Source: Planctomycetota bacterium
Lineage (GTDB): Bacteria > Planctomycetota > MHYJ01 > WSZJ01
Direction: 5' to 3'
NCBI GenBank assembly: GCA_038060895.1
Contig: JBBTCT010000034.1
Span: forward strand, 32,001 to 96,000
Length of the DNA stretch: 64,000 nt
Positions 1 to 9,789 of the stretch are shown piece by piece. How positions within the stretch are numbered: position 1 is the first letter of the stretch; each line of letters opens with the position of its first letter. The translations under genes were made by a program, and so were the position numbers. The notes under the pieces were generated by a model. It saw nothing but the letters and a program-made list of their open reading frames with translations. It was not told the origin of the DNA and made no database searches.

Positions 1-2
1 TC

Positions 3-449
3 GCCGGCGAAGCTCCGAGTGTCGTCCGCGTCTACCAGGCAACCAGCGCCATCCTCTCCAGTCTCTCCCTCTCCCCCACCGGCCGCTGGCTCATGTTCGT
101 CCAGACCGCCAAGGCCGAACCGCGCCAGGCCGCCCTGCGCCTCCTCGCCCCCGACGGCTCCGAGTTCCGCACGCTGGCCCGCGCTTCTGCCATCGACGAC
201 CCCGTCTTCTCCCCCGACAACCTCCACGCCTACTTCTCCGCCCGGGGCGCCAACGGCCTGTGGCAGGCGTGGGAGGCGGGGCTGGAGCCGGATGCCGCTT
301 CGGGAGAGATTCCCGTCCGGCGAATCGTGGAAGAGGAGAACCGGCAGTTCGTCAGGCCCGTCGTGGGACGCGATGCGAATCTAGGGTGGTTCATCCGCGA
401 GGATGCGAGCGGGAAGGGCGCGCAAATTGGGAAGGTAAAGCTGCGGTAG
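3..449 (+). CDS. TolB/WD40-like beta-propeller protein, C-terminal part (5' truncated by window)
   Basis: Frame open from the window edge; PD40-like segments LSLSPTGRWLMF and PVFSPDNLHAYF. Confidence 0.6.
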   Translation, partial: AGEAPSVVRVYQATSAILSSLSLSPTGRWLMFVQTAKAEPRQAALRLLAPDGSEFRTLARASAIDDPVFSPDNLHAYFSARGANGLWQAWEAGLEPDAASGEIPVRRIVEEENRQFVRPVVGRDANLGWFIREDASGKGAQIGKVKLR

Positions 450-474
450 AGCGGAGGGAAGAAGCGCCGCCGCC

Positions 475-1371
475 CTACTCGTCGTCCTCGACGTCTTCCT
501 GGAGAGCCTCAAAGGCGTCCTGCACGATGGTGAGGTTTTTGCCGAAGACGGCGTCGAGAGCCTTGGCCGGGCAATTCTTCAGGTAATAGGCCTGGAACTT
601 GAGGGTCTGCAGTGCCGCCGGCTCTGAGGCCACCTCGTAGTCCACGTAGGCGACGTGGTAATCGTCCACGAGTTTAAGAAGGGCCTTTTCCCAGACGCTC
701 TCGCATTTGTGGAACAGGGAGCTGGTGTCCGGCTCGATCTGCGCATCCACCACCTTGTCCACTCTCGATTTGTAAATGCGGGAGTCAAATCGGGCGCGGA
801 AGGACTTCACATCCTCGGACTTGCGCACCACGACGCTCGCGAGAATCGCGGTCTTGAGACTCTCCCCGGTGGCGGTGTTGAACGCCTGCTCGAGCGTGTC
901 CAGCGCGCCTTTCTTGACTTCAAGCACCGCGTCGACAGGCAGATCGGTGTACACCGCCATGGCGGCCAGCATCAGGTCGGCCGCCAGGTCCTTCTCCATC
1001 GCTGCCCACGCGTCGTTCGCCGCCTTCTTCGCGATATCGCCCAGCTTTTCCCCTCGCTTGCGGTACGCGAGCATTTCTTCGGTGAAGTCGACGTGCAGGC
1101 CTTTCGTCAGCTTGTAGGCCGCTTTTCCCCGGTCGACCAGCGCCTTGACCTTTTCGTCTTCCGGAAACTTCTCGGCAATCTTCTTCACTTCTTCAAGCGC
1201 CCGCGTGTCGTCCTTCGAAAGTTCGTAGAGCATCCCGTCGGCGAACTTGATTCGCGACTCGAACTCGCGCAGGTAGTAATCCACTTTCGAGATTTCCGAG
1301 GCGGGCGCCTGGGCGAGGGAGGAAACCGCGCAGGCGAGGGCGCAGAGCAGGACCGGGAACGGTCGGATCAT
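475..1371 (-). CDS. Secreted hypothetical protein
   Basis: 298 aa ORF, signal peptide (LLCALACAVSSLAQA), GGAGG upstream. Confidence 0.7.
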   Translation of the reverse strand: MIRPFPVLLCALACAVSSLAQAPASEISKVDYYLREFESRIKFADGMLYELSKDDTRALEEVKKIAEKFPEDEKVKALVDRGKAAYKLTKGLHVDFTEEMLAYRKRGEKLGDIAKKAANDAWAAMEKDLAADLMLAAMAVYTDLPVDAVLEVKKGALDTLEQAFNTATGESLKTAILASVVVRKSEDVKSFRARFDSRIYKSRVDKVVDAQIEPDTSSLFHKCESVWEKALLKLVDDYHVAYVDYEVASEPAALQTLKFQAYYLKNCPAKALDAVFGKNLTIVQDAFEALQEDVEDDE

Positions 1372-1533
1372 CGGGTGGCCTCCGGCAGGTGAGCGCCAAA
1401 TGCTAATGAATCGGGTTGGGCTGTCGTCATGAAATTCAGCGACTGCATTCGGATGGTGGCAGCAGCAACCGGCGCAGGTCAGCCTCCGCAGCCTCCCCGG
1501 TTCGCGCGTGAACCTCTCCCTGGCCTCACCCGC

Positions 1534-4320
1534 TCATCCCACAGGCCTTACGACCGGTCTAACTCCATAGATCCATCGAAGCGTCGTCGGAAAATCCGCA
1601 CGCCGGTCCGCGGCCCTCGCGTTCGGTCCCGACAACGCCCACGCGCCGCCGCGCATGCACCGCCATTCGCGAAACGGAACCTGCGGCGCGTTGGCGCACC
1701 AGGTTTCCATCCCTCCCGACAGGTCGCGGATGCCGTAGACGGATTCGTCGGTGGGGAATGTGCCGACAGGCAGGACCACGCCTCCGCCCTGCCTGGAGGA
1801 AGTCGAGTGCGCGTAGGCGGCGTCGTATTCGTTGCCGAAGGAGAAGACGCGTCCGTCCACGCCGCGGCAGCTCTTTTCGTATTCCTCTTCGTGAATGAGC
1901 TCGAAGAGCAGGCCGGTCTGCGCTGACTTCCACTGGCACCACGCCAGCGCGTCCTTCCAGCTGACGGAGAAGACGGGCCATCGCGGATCCCACGCAAACC
2001 TGGTGTCTTCCTGCCGCGTCGGGAACCGGAAGCGCCCTTCGCTTTCGATCCAGTACTTCTTCTCGCCCTCGCGCGGCTGATGCCGGCGGGCCTCCTCGAT
2101 CCGCCCGCGCGCCGCGAGGGAGTTCAGGAATTCCAGGTAGTCGGCGCAGGTCGCCGGGAAGCGCGCGACAAACAGGTCCTGCGTCGTCAGTACTTCCCGG
2201 GGTGCGCCGCCCGCCCACTCGCCGCCGAAGATGAAGGGCCCGCCCGGGACATAGCAGAAGCCGGGAGGAATGTCCGCAGGGCGGTAGAGCGTGACGTCCT
2301 GGGACCAGGTCAGGCCGCGATCGATCCGGAACGGAAGCGTCACGGGAGCGAATCCCTCGGCCCGGAGAGTGCAGACCCACGAGCCGGACTCAAGCATCAC
2401 GGGGGCCAGCGGCGTCTTCCCGACCGCGCGTTCGGGGCCTGCGACGAGGCGCTTGTCGCGCTCCTCGATCTTCGCGATCGAGACTTCCACGCCGGCGACG
2501 TCATGGCGCGGACACGACGCCGTGTGACCGAACTTCACGCCCTCCGGGAGTGTCGAGATTTCCGGGACGGGTCGGTCGGTGTCCAGGAGCGCGAGGTCGG
2601 CCCGGCGCCGGCCGTCGCGCCAGGGCACCCTTGTGGCCTCCTCGATCTGCACGCGCCACTCCGGGTGCTTCACCGGGCGCAGGCAGTCGCACGCATAGGC
2701 CTTTGTCCGCACCGAAAACGTCCCGGGCGCCTCGAGGAGCGCCTTGTACCGGCCTTCGCGGTCGAACTGGGCCAGCGTGTTCCGGTGGAGGTGCATGTCC
2801 TCCGTGTGGCGCTTCGCCTCCGCCTCGAGAAACCGGTCGAAGAACAAGTCGCAGATCCCGTCGGAGGCTTCAACGCAGTCCGGATCCACGACGAGAGCCT
2901 GCGCGAAGTCCGCCCACGCCCGCGAAAACGCGTCGATTCGCTCCTCCTGGAGCGATCGCAGGCGCGTTTCCGCTGCCCAGAGCGGCTGTTTTTCGGCGGC
3001 CGGCTGCCACGGCTGGATTTTCGAACCCCACTCCCCGACCGCGGTCGCCTGCCGGGCGATCTCGTCTTTCAGCGCCGCGAAGCGAGCCGCGTGGACTCGT
3101 CCGTTGCCGACGCGATGGACCGCCTCTCTCTGCTTCTGCTCCCGCTCCTTGACGCCGTCGAGGAAGACCTGGATGTCGTCGTGCAGGTCCATCGCGGACT
3201 GGAAGCGGTCCTCGGGGCGGAAGGCGAGGGCCTTCCGGCAGAGGGCGTCCAGTTCCGGCGGAATCGGTTCCTCGGCCACGAGCGGCGCCAGGGCCCTTGC
3301 AGGTCCTTCCGGATCCCCGGGAACCCGCGCGACATGCCGGGTGGGCTTCGAGAACTTCCCGCTCTTGATCCGGGTGTTGCGATCCCCGGACTCGTCTCCC
3401 TCGAAGGGCGGCTGATACGTCAGGATCTCGTAGAGGATGGCGCCCAGCGAGAAGACGTCGCTTCGGGAATCGAGCTGTCCGACTTCGCCGGCGGCCTGCT
3501 CGGGAGACATGTACGCCATCGTGCCTTCAATCTCGCCCGAGTTCGGCGCGCCAACCTTGTCCGAGATCACCTGCGCCAGTCCCCAGTCCACGATCAGCGT
3601 TTCCCCGTACTCGCCGATCATCACGTTCCCGGGTTTCAGGTCGCGGTGAATCACGCCGCGGTCATGCGCGTAAGCGACGCCGAGGCAGACCTCCTGGAAA
3701 ATCCCCAGGAGCCGCGTGCGCGAATAGCTCTTCCGCGTCTCCTCGTCCCCGCGCGCCAGGTCCTGCAGCAGCTTCCCCAGGTCGCGGCCCGCGATTTTCT
3801 TCATGCAGAGGAACATCCGGAGATTTCCCGGCAGCCTCCCGAAGTCATGGATCGGGACGATGTTCGGATGCTCCAGCCGCGCCGTCAGCTTCGCTTCCTT
3901 CTCGAACACCTCGGCAAACGCCGCAGGCAGGTCCTCCCGCACCAGCTTCACCGCGACGGTGCGCGCGAGCGCGCTGTCAAACGCCTCCAGGACCTGCCCC
4001 AGTCCGCCGCGCGCGAGTTCCGGCCCGAGCCGGTAGCGGCCCTCCGCCGCCTCCGGCGGTCCGCCTGCGGGCTTGTCCTTCAGGTCCGGCGTCGCAAAGG
4101 TCGTCATGGCTGCCGTCGAAGAGGGACGGCGACGCGCTTCCAGCAGCCGCTTCACCTCCGCACATTGCGCGCCGCTCAGCATGCCGCGGCTCATAAGCGC
4201 GGCCTCGACGGACTTCCCAGGGTCGCGCGAGCACTCGAGGAGCTGCTGCTGTGAGATCAGCCGCAGTTCCAGCGCCGCCTGGCCAAAAAGCATGTCCAAA
4301 TCGTCGGGCACGAAGGTCAA
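1534..4320 (-). CDS. Ser/Thr protein kinase fused to C-terminal formylglycine-generating-enzyme (SUMF1)-like domain
   Basis: LARGGLG, VAVK, HRDLKPGN, DWGLA, GTMAYMSPEQ; C-terminal EEEYEKSCRG, YGIRDLSGG, RGGAW. Confidence 0.9.
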   Translation of the reverse strand: MTFVPDDLDMLFGQAALELRLISQQQLLECSRDPGKSVEAALMSRGMLSGAQCAEVKRLLEARRRPSSTAAMTTFATPDLKDKPAGGPPEAAEGRYRLGPELARGGLGQVLEAFDSALARTVAVKLVREDLPAAFAEVFEKEAKLTARLEHPNIVPIHDFGRLPGNLRMFLCMKKIAGRDLGKLLQDLARGDEETRKSYSRTRLLGIFQEVCLGVAYAHDRGVIHRDLKPGNVMIGEYGETLIVDWGLAQVISDKVGAPNSGEIEGTMAYMSPEQAAGEVGQLDSRSDVFSLGAILYEILTYQPPFEGDESGDRNTRIKSGKFSKPTRHVARVPGDPEGPARALAPLVAEEPIPPELDALCRKALAFRPEDRFQSAMDLHDDIQVFLDGVKEREQKQREAVHRVGNGRVHAARFAALKDEIARQATAVGEWGSKIQPWQPAAEKQPLWAAETRLRSLQEERIDAFSRAWADFAQALVVDPDCVEASDGICDLFFDRFLEAEAKRHTEDMHLHRNTLAQFDREGRYKALLEAPGTFSVRTKAYACDCLRPVKHPEWRVQIEEATRVPWRDGRRRADLALLDTDRPVPEISTLPEGVKFGHTASCPRHDVAGVEVSIAKIEERDKRLVAGPERAVGKTPLAPVMLESGSWVCTLRAEGFAPVTLPFRIDRGLTWSQDVTLYRPADIPPGFCYVPGGPFIFGGEWAGGAPREVLTTQDLFVARFPATCADYLEFLNSLAARGRIEEARRHQPREGEKKYWIESEGRFRFPTRQEDTRFAWDPRWPVFSVSWKDALAWCQWKSAQTGLLFELIHEEEYEKSCRGVDGRVFSFGNEYDAAYAHSTSSRQGGGVVLPVGTFPTDESVYGIRDLSGGMETWCANAPQVPFREWRCMRGGAWALSGPNARAADRRADFPTTLRWIYGVRPVVRPVG

Positions 4321-4381
4321 CCTCTCGAGGGGACCTCAATCATAACCTGTGGCCGGCGACTCCTCTCCCAACTCCACCCCC

Positions 4382-4624
4382 TCAACGTCCACTCCCATGG
4401 CACTTGCTGCAACTCCCCGTTCCGTTGCAGTGGCTGCAACTGCGCCCCGAACCTCCGCTTCGCCGGGTCCCCTGGCAAGTGCTGCACTTCCCGCTTCCGT
4501 GGCACCGCGTGCAGGCCCGGCCCCCGTGATCCACCATGCCGGAGCCTTCATAGGGGGTGGCCGTGCACCCCGGGAATGCGACGCCGACGCAAAGGACCAG
4601 AAAAGCCGCTACTGCCTTGCGCAT
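4382..4624 (-). CDS. Small lipoprotein with DnaJ-type zinc-finger (CxxCxGxG) repeats
   Basis: MRKAVAAFLVLCVGVAFPGC lipobox-like; CTRCHGSG, CSTCQGT, CSHCNGTG, CSKCHGSG. Confidence 0.65.
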   Translation of the reverse strand: MRKAVAAFLVLCVGVAFPGCTATPYEGSGMVDHGGRACTRCHGSGKCSTCQGTRRSGGSGRSCSHCNGTGSCSKCHGSGR

Positions 4625-4707
4625 GATGCCGTCCCTCATCGGGGCCACGCCTACGACCATAGCGGAACGGGCGGTTTGCCGGAAGTGCGCCCTCTCAGGG
4701 GAAGCGT

Positions 4708-6171
4708 TTAAGGCGGCCCCTCGTCGAGCGCCGGAACGCCGGCCTGGGCGCAGGCGGCCCGCATTTCCTCCGCGGAAATCTGGAGTTTCGCGGCGGCGCC
4801 GATCCCGCGGAGGATCTCTGCCGCATCCCGCCAGAGTCCGCGAGCCTCCGCGACGCTCCCCTGCACCAACCGGAGCAGGGAGAATTCCAGGAGGTGCAAT
4901 CCCTCGCAGACGCGATTGCCGGTCTCGCGGTGGATCGCGAGAGCTTTCTCGAGATGTGGTTCCACCGGTTCCCTGCTGCCGGCGCGGCGCAGGATTCCGG
5001 CCAGGTTCCCCAGGGCCACTCCCGCGTGCCGTCGGTCCCCGACCTCCAGGAATATCGCGAGCGCCTCCCGGCAGGCCCGCTCGGCTTCCCCCGACTTCCC
5101 CGCTTCGTCGTACACCGTCGCCAGGTTGCCCAGCGCCACGCCCTCAAATCTGCGATTCCCGACCTCCCGGTGCATCGCCAGCGCTTGCTCGTGCGCCCGC
5201 TCGGCCAGCCCCGGCCTTCCCGTGTCCCGGAACACCTGGGCCAGGTTTCCCAGGGACATCCCCTCGGCGCGACGGTCTCCCAGCCCGCGGGCGATCTCAA
5301 GCGCCTCGCCCTGGGTCCGCTCCGCCTCCTCCATGCGGCCGGCAATGCGGAAGTGCGCCGCCATGTTTCCCAGGGCGATCCCCGCCGCGCCCGGATCGTC
5401 CGTCTCGCGCGCAATCGCCACCGCCTGCCGCGACATCCGCTCGGCCTCCCCGAAGCGGCGCGCCTCGGCGTAAAGAATGGCGAGGCTCCCGTACGCGAGC
5501 CCCTCGCACCGGCGGTTGCCCACCTCCCGATGGATCGCCAGCGCCTCTTCCTGCAGCCGCTCCGCCTCCGCGAGCCGCCCCGTCTCCCGCGCCAGGATCG
5601 CAAGGAACTCTATCGCCACTCCCTCCACCCGGCGCGCCCCCTGCGTCTTCGCAAGATCCAGCGCCTCCCGGAACATCGCTTCCGCCACCTTCGCCCGCCC
5701 GAGCCTCAACGCGGCGCCGCCGGCGCGGGTGATCGCCGCCGCCCGGGTCGCCCCCTCGCTGATCTCCGACAACTCCCGCCACAGGTCCTGCGCCGCCGCG
5801 GGGCGGAAGTTCCGTTCTGCGAAAAGCGCGGCGCGATGAACGTACAGCCGATGCGCGCCGGAGAGCCCGCCGCCGGCCCGCTTCGCATGCTCGGCCAGCT
5901 CCGAGGAAAACGCATCCGTCCGATGCGGCCGGTGCGTCGCCGAATCCAATTCCGGCGGAGGCGGCTCCGGTGCCCTGCCGCCGGCCAGCGCTTCGATCAG
6001 CTCGAACGCCAGCCCGTGAAGCCGCGCGCGGTCGCCGGGGAGCTGAAGCTGGTAGGCGGCGTCGCGCAGAAGAGCGTGTCGGAAGAGATACGCCGCTTCC
6101 GCTGAAGGCGGCCTGAGCGCTTCGACTCGACCAGCCTGGGCGAGCGTGAGCGAGTCGAAGGCGGCGTTCAT
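4708..6171 (-). CDS. TPR-repeat protein with N-terminal FRHALLRDAAY helical module (paralog 1 of 3)
   Basis: About 40-aa repeats ALAIHREVGNRRxEGxALGNLA; N-terminal motif typical of the post-NTPase region of AAA_16/adenylate-cyclase STAND-like proteins. Confidence 0.85.
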   Translation of the reverse strand: MNAAFDSLTLAQAGRVEALRPPSAEAAYLFRHALLRDAAYQLQLPGDRARLHGLAFELIEALAGGRAPEPPPPELDSATHRPHRTDAFSSELAEHAKRAGGGLSGAHRLYVHRAALFAERNFRPAAAQDLWRELSEISEGATRAAAITRAGGAALRLGRAKVAEAMFREALDLAKTQGARRVEGVAIEFLAILARETGRLAEAERLQEEALAIHREVGNRRCEGLAYGSLAILYAEARRFGEAERMSRQAVAIARETDDPGAAGIALGNMAAHFRIAGRMEEAERTQGEALEIARGLGDRRAEGMSLGNLAQVFRDTGRPGLAERAHEQALAMHREVGNRRFEGVALGNLATVYDEAGKSGEAERACREALAIFLEVGDRRHAGVALGNLAGILRRAGSREPVEPHLEKALAIHRETGNRVCEGLHLLEFSLLRLVQGSVAEARGLWRDAAEILRGIGAAAKLQISAEEMRAACAQAGVPALDEGPP

Positions 6172-6273
6172 GGACGGAGTATGCCTCAGGCGGCCCTCGG
6201 CCGAGCCGATTCCGACCGCCGGGCCTCGGTGATGATCCGATAGACTGTGCCCGGATCATTTGCGGAGGACTCC

Positions 6274-8919
6274 ATGACACTTCGAGCTGCCCTTGCCCTT
6301 TTGCTTTTCTGCATTTTCTCCGGCGCTTCCCGCGCCGACGGCCCGACTGCCCTGAAGTATCTCAACGAGTCCAACGCGGCGATCGAGCGCGGGGAATACG
6401 AAGAGGCGGAGAGACTCGCGACGCGGGCGGTCGAGGAGGCGCCCGGGGAGCCGGACTTGTGGTGCCAGCGCGCCGTGACGCGGATCTACCTGGAGCGGAT
6501 CCCCGGCGCGTACGAGGACCTGGCCCGGTCCGAGGCGCTCGAGAAAGCCCGGCCCGAGCCGCGAAACTCCCTGCTCGGCAACCTGGCGAGCGCGCGTTGC
6601 TCGATCCTCACGGGCCAGGGACGGTACCGCGAGGCCCTGGGGCAGGCGGACGAGGCGATCCGCCTGCGCCCGGACGACGCGGGCAACGTTGCGGTCCGGG
6701 GCAGAATCCTCGTGCTCCTCGGCAATCCCGAGGAGGGAATCCCCCTCATCCGGAAGGTCGCCGACCTGGACCCGGGCTGGTGCCCGAGCTACTGCAGCGC
6801 CATGGTCTGGCAGGCGGACTGGCAGGCGGTGCTGGACTATGCGCTGAAGGGCGAAAAGGGCGGCAACACCGTCCATATGGCCGAGTTCTTCAAGGGCGTG
6901 GCCGGAACCCACCTCGGGCACGCAGAAGAATGCCTCCAGCTGGGGGTGGACCTGACCGCCAGCGGCAAGGACCTCGGCGTCGGGCGCGCGCTGCAGGGTT
7001 ACGTCCTGTCCACCCCGGGGCACTCGAAGTCGAACCCGGTCGAGGGCCTCGCCATCATCCGCCAGGCCTCCGGCCTGCCGGACGTGCCGAACGTCGAGGC
7101 CATCATCGCACGGTCCTTTTACTACGCAGACCGCTGCCAGGACGCCATCGATCACCTCGCCTCCCGGTCCGACGGGCCCACCTTTCTCAGCCTGTTCTGG
7201 CGCGGCGCCGCGGAATGGAAGCTCGAGAGATTCGCCGACGCCCGCGCGACGTTCTCCGACGCTCGCCGGATGAATCCGCACATGACGAAGTACGCGCAGC
7301 AGATCCCGGGCCTGCCGGAATTCCTGACATCGATCGACCGCGTGATCGCGTCCGAGCTCGCGTCAGGCGCGAAGCTCGGCCGGCTCGACGCCGAGCGCAC
7401 GACGTGGATCTTCACCTTCTCGGAAATCGCGACGCTCGTCCGCCGCTACGAATTCACGCGCGCGGCGAAAGAGTACGAAAGGCTCATCCCGACGATCGTG
7501 TCCCCCGTCCTCAAGTCGCTCATCGAGGGACGCCTCGCCGACGTCAAGGGGATGGGCGCGACGCACGACAAACTGGTTGCGGCCGTGAACAAGAAAGGCT
7601 TCGACGGCCAGGTCAAGGTCGCCGGCCTGGACCTCGTCATCGTGAAGGCCGACGACCGGGCCTTCGATTTCAAGATCCCACGGGGCTCCGGCAAATTCCC
7701 GTGGGCCTACCTCGACCCGATGGACTATTGCCGCCTCGCCGCACCGCCCGGCATCACGCCGGCCGATCGCTACGCCCTCGCCGTCCTTCTCTGGGACTCC
7801 GAAGAGGATCTGAAGGCCCAGCAGGCCCTCGCCGAGGCCGCCAAGGACCCGGCGCTCAAGGCTCGCGTCGACGGCCTCGTCTCCCGGAAGCGCGGCCTCG
7901 ATACTCCGGCCGGCGGCTTCGTCACGTTCAAGGGCCGCTTCGTCACGCCCGAGGAAAAAGAAAACCTCGAGAAGGGCCTCGTGCGCTTCCAGGGCAAGTG
8001 GGTGACGCCGGCCGACAAGGACAAGCTGGCGAAGGGAATGGTGAAGGTGGGGGACAAATGGCTCCCCGGGGACGAGAAGAAGCTGGCGGAGGCGGGATAC
8101 CGGAAGTTCAAGGACACGTGGATGAGCGCCGAGGACTACGCGGAAGCGCGCTCCGCCTGGGAGAACGCGTTCGAGCAGGAGACGGCGCATTTCAAGATCC
8201 GCTCCAACGCCGGCGAACAGTTCACGCAGGACCTCGCGGAGGTCGCCGAACTCGGGTACGCGGAGATGAAGAAGTTCTGGGACGGCCGCGAGCCGAAGCT
8301 CGCGAAGGACGAGAAGCTCACGCTCTACGCCTTCGGCGGCTTCAACGACTACCGCCGCCACTGCGCGGAGCGGAAGGCCGACAGCAACATCAACGCTGCC
8401 GGATTCGCCACCTCGGACTCCCCCGTCGTCGCGGGCTGGAACAAGACCGGCAATCACCAGAACTTCCTCAAGACGATGGTCCACGAAGCCGCGCACCTCT
8501 ATTACTTCCGCACTTCCACCCCCACCGGCCTCAAGTCGTGGCACGCCGAGGGGCTCGCGACGTACTTCGAAGGCTTCCAGCGCAAGGACGGCAAGTGGCT
8601 GTTCACGTACGCCAACACGGAGCGGCTCGCGTTCGCCAAGCGGGCGTTTTCGGACGGAAGCGCGTTGTCGCTGAAGGACCTGATGGCCGCGGACGCCCTG
8701 GTGCTGATCAACAGCGACGGCCAGAAGGCGCTGACGTTTTACGCGCAGTGCTGGTCGCTGAACTACTTCCTGTCGCAGACCAGCGACGAGGCGTATCGCA
8801 CGGCGTACAAGGAGTATCGAATGAGCGTGGAGGCGGGGAAGTCGGACCCGCTGTCGAAGTACGTGAAGGACATGGCGGCGCTGGAGAAGGAATGGAAGGC
8901 GTACATCGCGTCGCAGTAG
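6274..8919 (+). CDS. Secreted TPR protein with C-terminal DUF1570-like zinc metallopeptidase (paralog 1 of 2)
   Basis: GGAGG RBS, signal peptide, TPRs, repeated GLVRFQGKWV units, HEAAH plus WHAEGLATYFE, FYAQCWSL. Confidence 0.85.
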   Translation: MTLRAALALLLFCIFSGASRADGPTALKYLNESNAAIERGEYEEAERLATRAVEEAPGEPDLWCQRAVTRIYLERIPGAYEDLARSEALEKARPEPRNSLLGNLASARCSILTGQGRYREALGQADEAIRLRPDDAGNVAVRGRILVLLGNPEEGIPLIRKVADLDPGWCPSYCSAMVWQADWQAVLDYALKGEKGGNTVHMAEFFKGVAGTHLGHAEECLQLGVDLTASGKDLGVGRALQGYVLSTPGHSKSNPVEGLAIIRQASGLPDVPNVEAIIARSFYYADRCQDAIDHLASRSDGPTFLSLFWRGAAEWKLERFADARATFSDARRMNPHMTKYAQQIPGLPEFLTSIDRVIASELASGAKLGRLDAERTTWIFTFSEIATLVRRYEFTRAAKEYERLIPTIVSPVLKSLIEGRLADVKGMGATHDKLVAAVNKKGFDGQVKVAGLDLVIVKADDRAFDFKIPRGSGKFPWAYLDPMDYCRLAAPPGITPADRYALAVLLWDSEEDLKAQQALAEAAKDPALKARVDGLVSRKRGLDTPAGGFVTFKGRFVTPEEKENLEKGLVRFQGKWVTPADKDKLAKGMVKVGDKWLPGDEKKLAEAGYRKFKDTWMSAEDYAEARSAWENAFEQETAHFKIRSNAGEQFTQDLAEVAELGYAEMKKFWDGREPKLAKDEKLTLYAFGGFNDYRRHCAERKADSNINAAGFATSDSPVVAGWNKTGNHQNFLKTMVHEAAHLYYFRTSTPTGLKSWHAEGLATYFEGFQRKDGKWLFTYANTERLAFAKRAFSDGSALSLKDLMAADALVLINSDGQKALTFYAQCWSLNYFLSQTSDEAYRTAYKEYRMSVEAGKSDPLSKYVKDMAALEKEWKAYIASQ

Positions 8920-8960
8920 GGGGGATGGGAAGGCTGGGGGGGCGGGAAAACGGCCAGGAC

Positions 8961-8995
8961 AAATCCCAACCCCAACTCCAACCCCAAATCCCAAC
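8961..8995 (+). repeat. Short degenerate hexamer tandem repeat (CCCAAC-like) after a G-rich gene end
   Basis: aaatcccaaccccaactccaaccccaaatcccaac. Confidence 0.5.
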
Positions 8996-9020
8996 GGCGG
9001 ACTCGCTTCGCTCGCCCGTC
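8996..9020. repeat. REP-like short element (core GACTCGCTTCGCTCGC)
   Basis: Same core occurs in the inserts at 27592-27623 and 33937-33968. Confidence 0.55.
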
Positions 9021-9241
9021 AACCCGCGAAGGCATCCCAGATGGCATGAGGGTCCTGCAGTTTTTCAGCGATCGCCATCGGGAAACGACGGCGGACGTAT
9101 TCGTCGAAGAGCCTTTTCCGTTCGACAAGGGCGGAGACCGCCCGGAAGCTGGGACCTCCGCCCCGTCATCGGACGCGGAAACCAAGCCGCTGAGTCGCGC
9201 GACTTCCATTTCCGGACATCTCTCATTCGCGCGGCGCACGA

Positions 9242-9697
9242 TCACAGTCGGCCAAGAGGCAGCATGAGCAGTGTGAAGAACGCGAACGCATACACCGCGA
9301 CTGCCAGCAGACCGAGACCCAGCAGGCCCCAGGGAACCCACCGAGCCTTGAGGGGCGTGAGTCTTCGCTGGACGAGCCAGATTCCGCCGAGGAATGGAAT
9401 GAAGAAAACAGCCCAGAGGAATCCTGAAGACAGGCAGGGATCGGCGGTCTTCCACACGGCGTGGGCGACGGGGCGATATCGATCCAGGTAAGGATCGTCC
9501 ATGTCCTGTCCCCAGATCTCCGCCAGGATCGAATTCGACTCCCTGTGAATCTCCGTCATCGACCACGCGAGAAAAAGCGTCCACGCCGCGACGATCCAGA
9601 ACGCCACGCGACCAGCCGAAGCGCCCGCGCGGCCAACCCGTTCTTCGGTGAGCGCTCCCGTCGAATCCGTGAAGGCGGCAAGATGTTCAGGGGTCAC
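9242..9697 (-). CDS. Hypothetical membrane protein
   Basis: 151 aa, three hydrophobic segments; TAGAGT -10-like box 8 nt before GTG. Confidence 0.6.
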   Translation of the reverse strand: MTPEHLAAFTDSTGALTEERVGRAGASAGRVAFWIVAAWTLFLAWSMTEIHRESNSILAEIWGQDMDDPYLDRYRPVAHAVWKTADPCLSSGFLWAVFFIPFLGGIWLVQRRLTPLKARWVPWGLLGLGLLAVAVYAFAFFTLLMLPLGRL

Positions 9698-9789
9698 GGA
9701 CTTTCACTCTATCACCCGAAAGCGCGTGGCCCGACGTCGTTCGAGCGAACCTTTCCCCGGCCGAAACGATCGACTACATTGCGCCCCCC

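Noticed and set aside
9046-9267. 73-aa ORF between the peptidase and the membrane protein gene
   Set aside because: No motif or RBS, and it overlaps the convergent gene end; cannot be supported
6459-9491. Very long alternative-frame ORFs (also 2080-4254, 24887-26995, 39072-41159, 42875-45274, 54727-56601, 60658-62487)
   Set aside because: Arg/Pro/Gly-rich or antisense shadows of well-supported genes, expected in high-GC DNA
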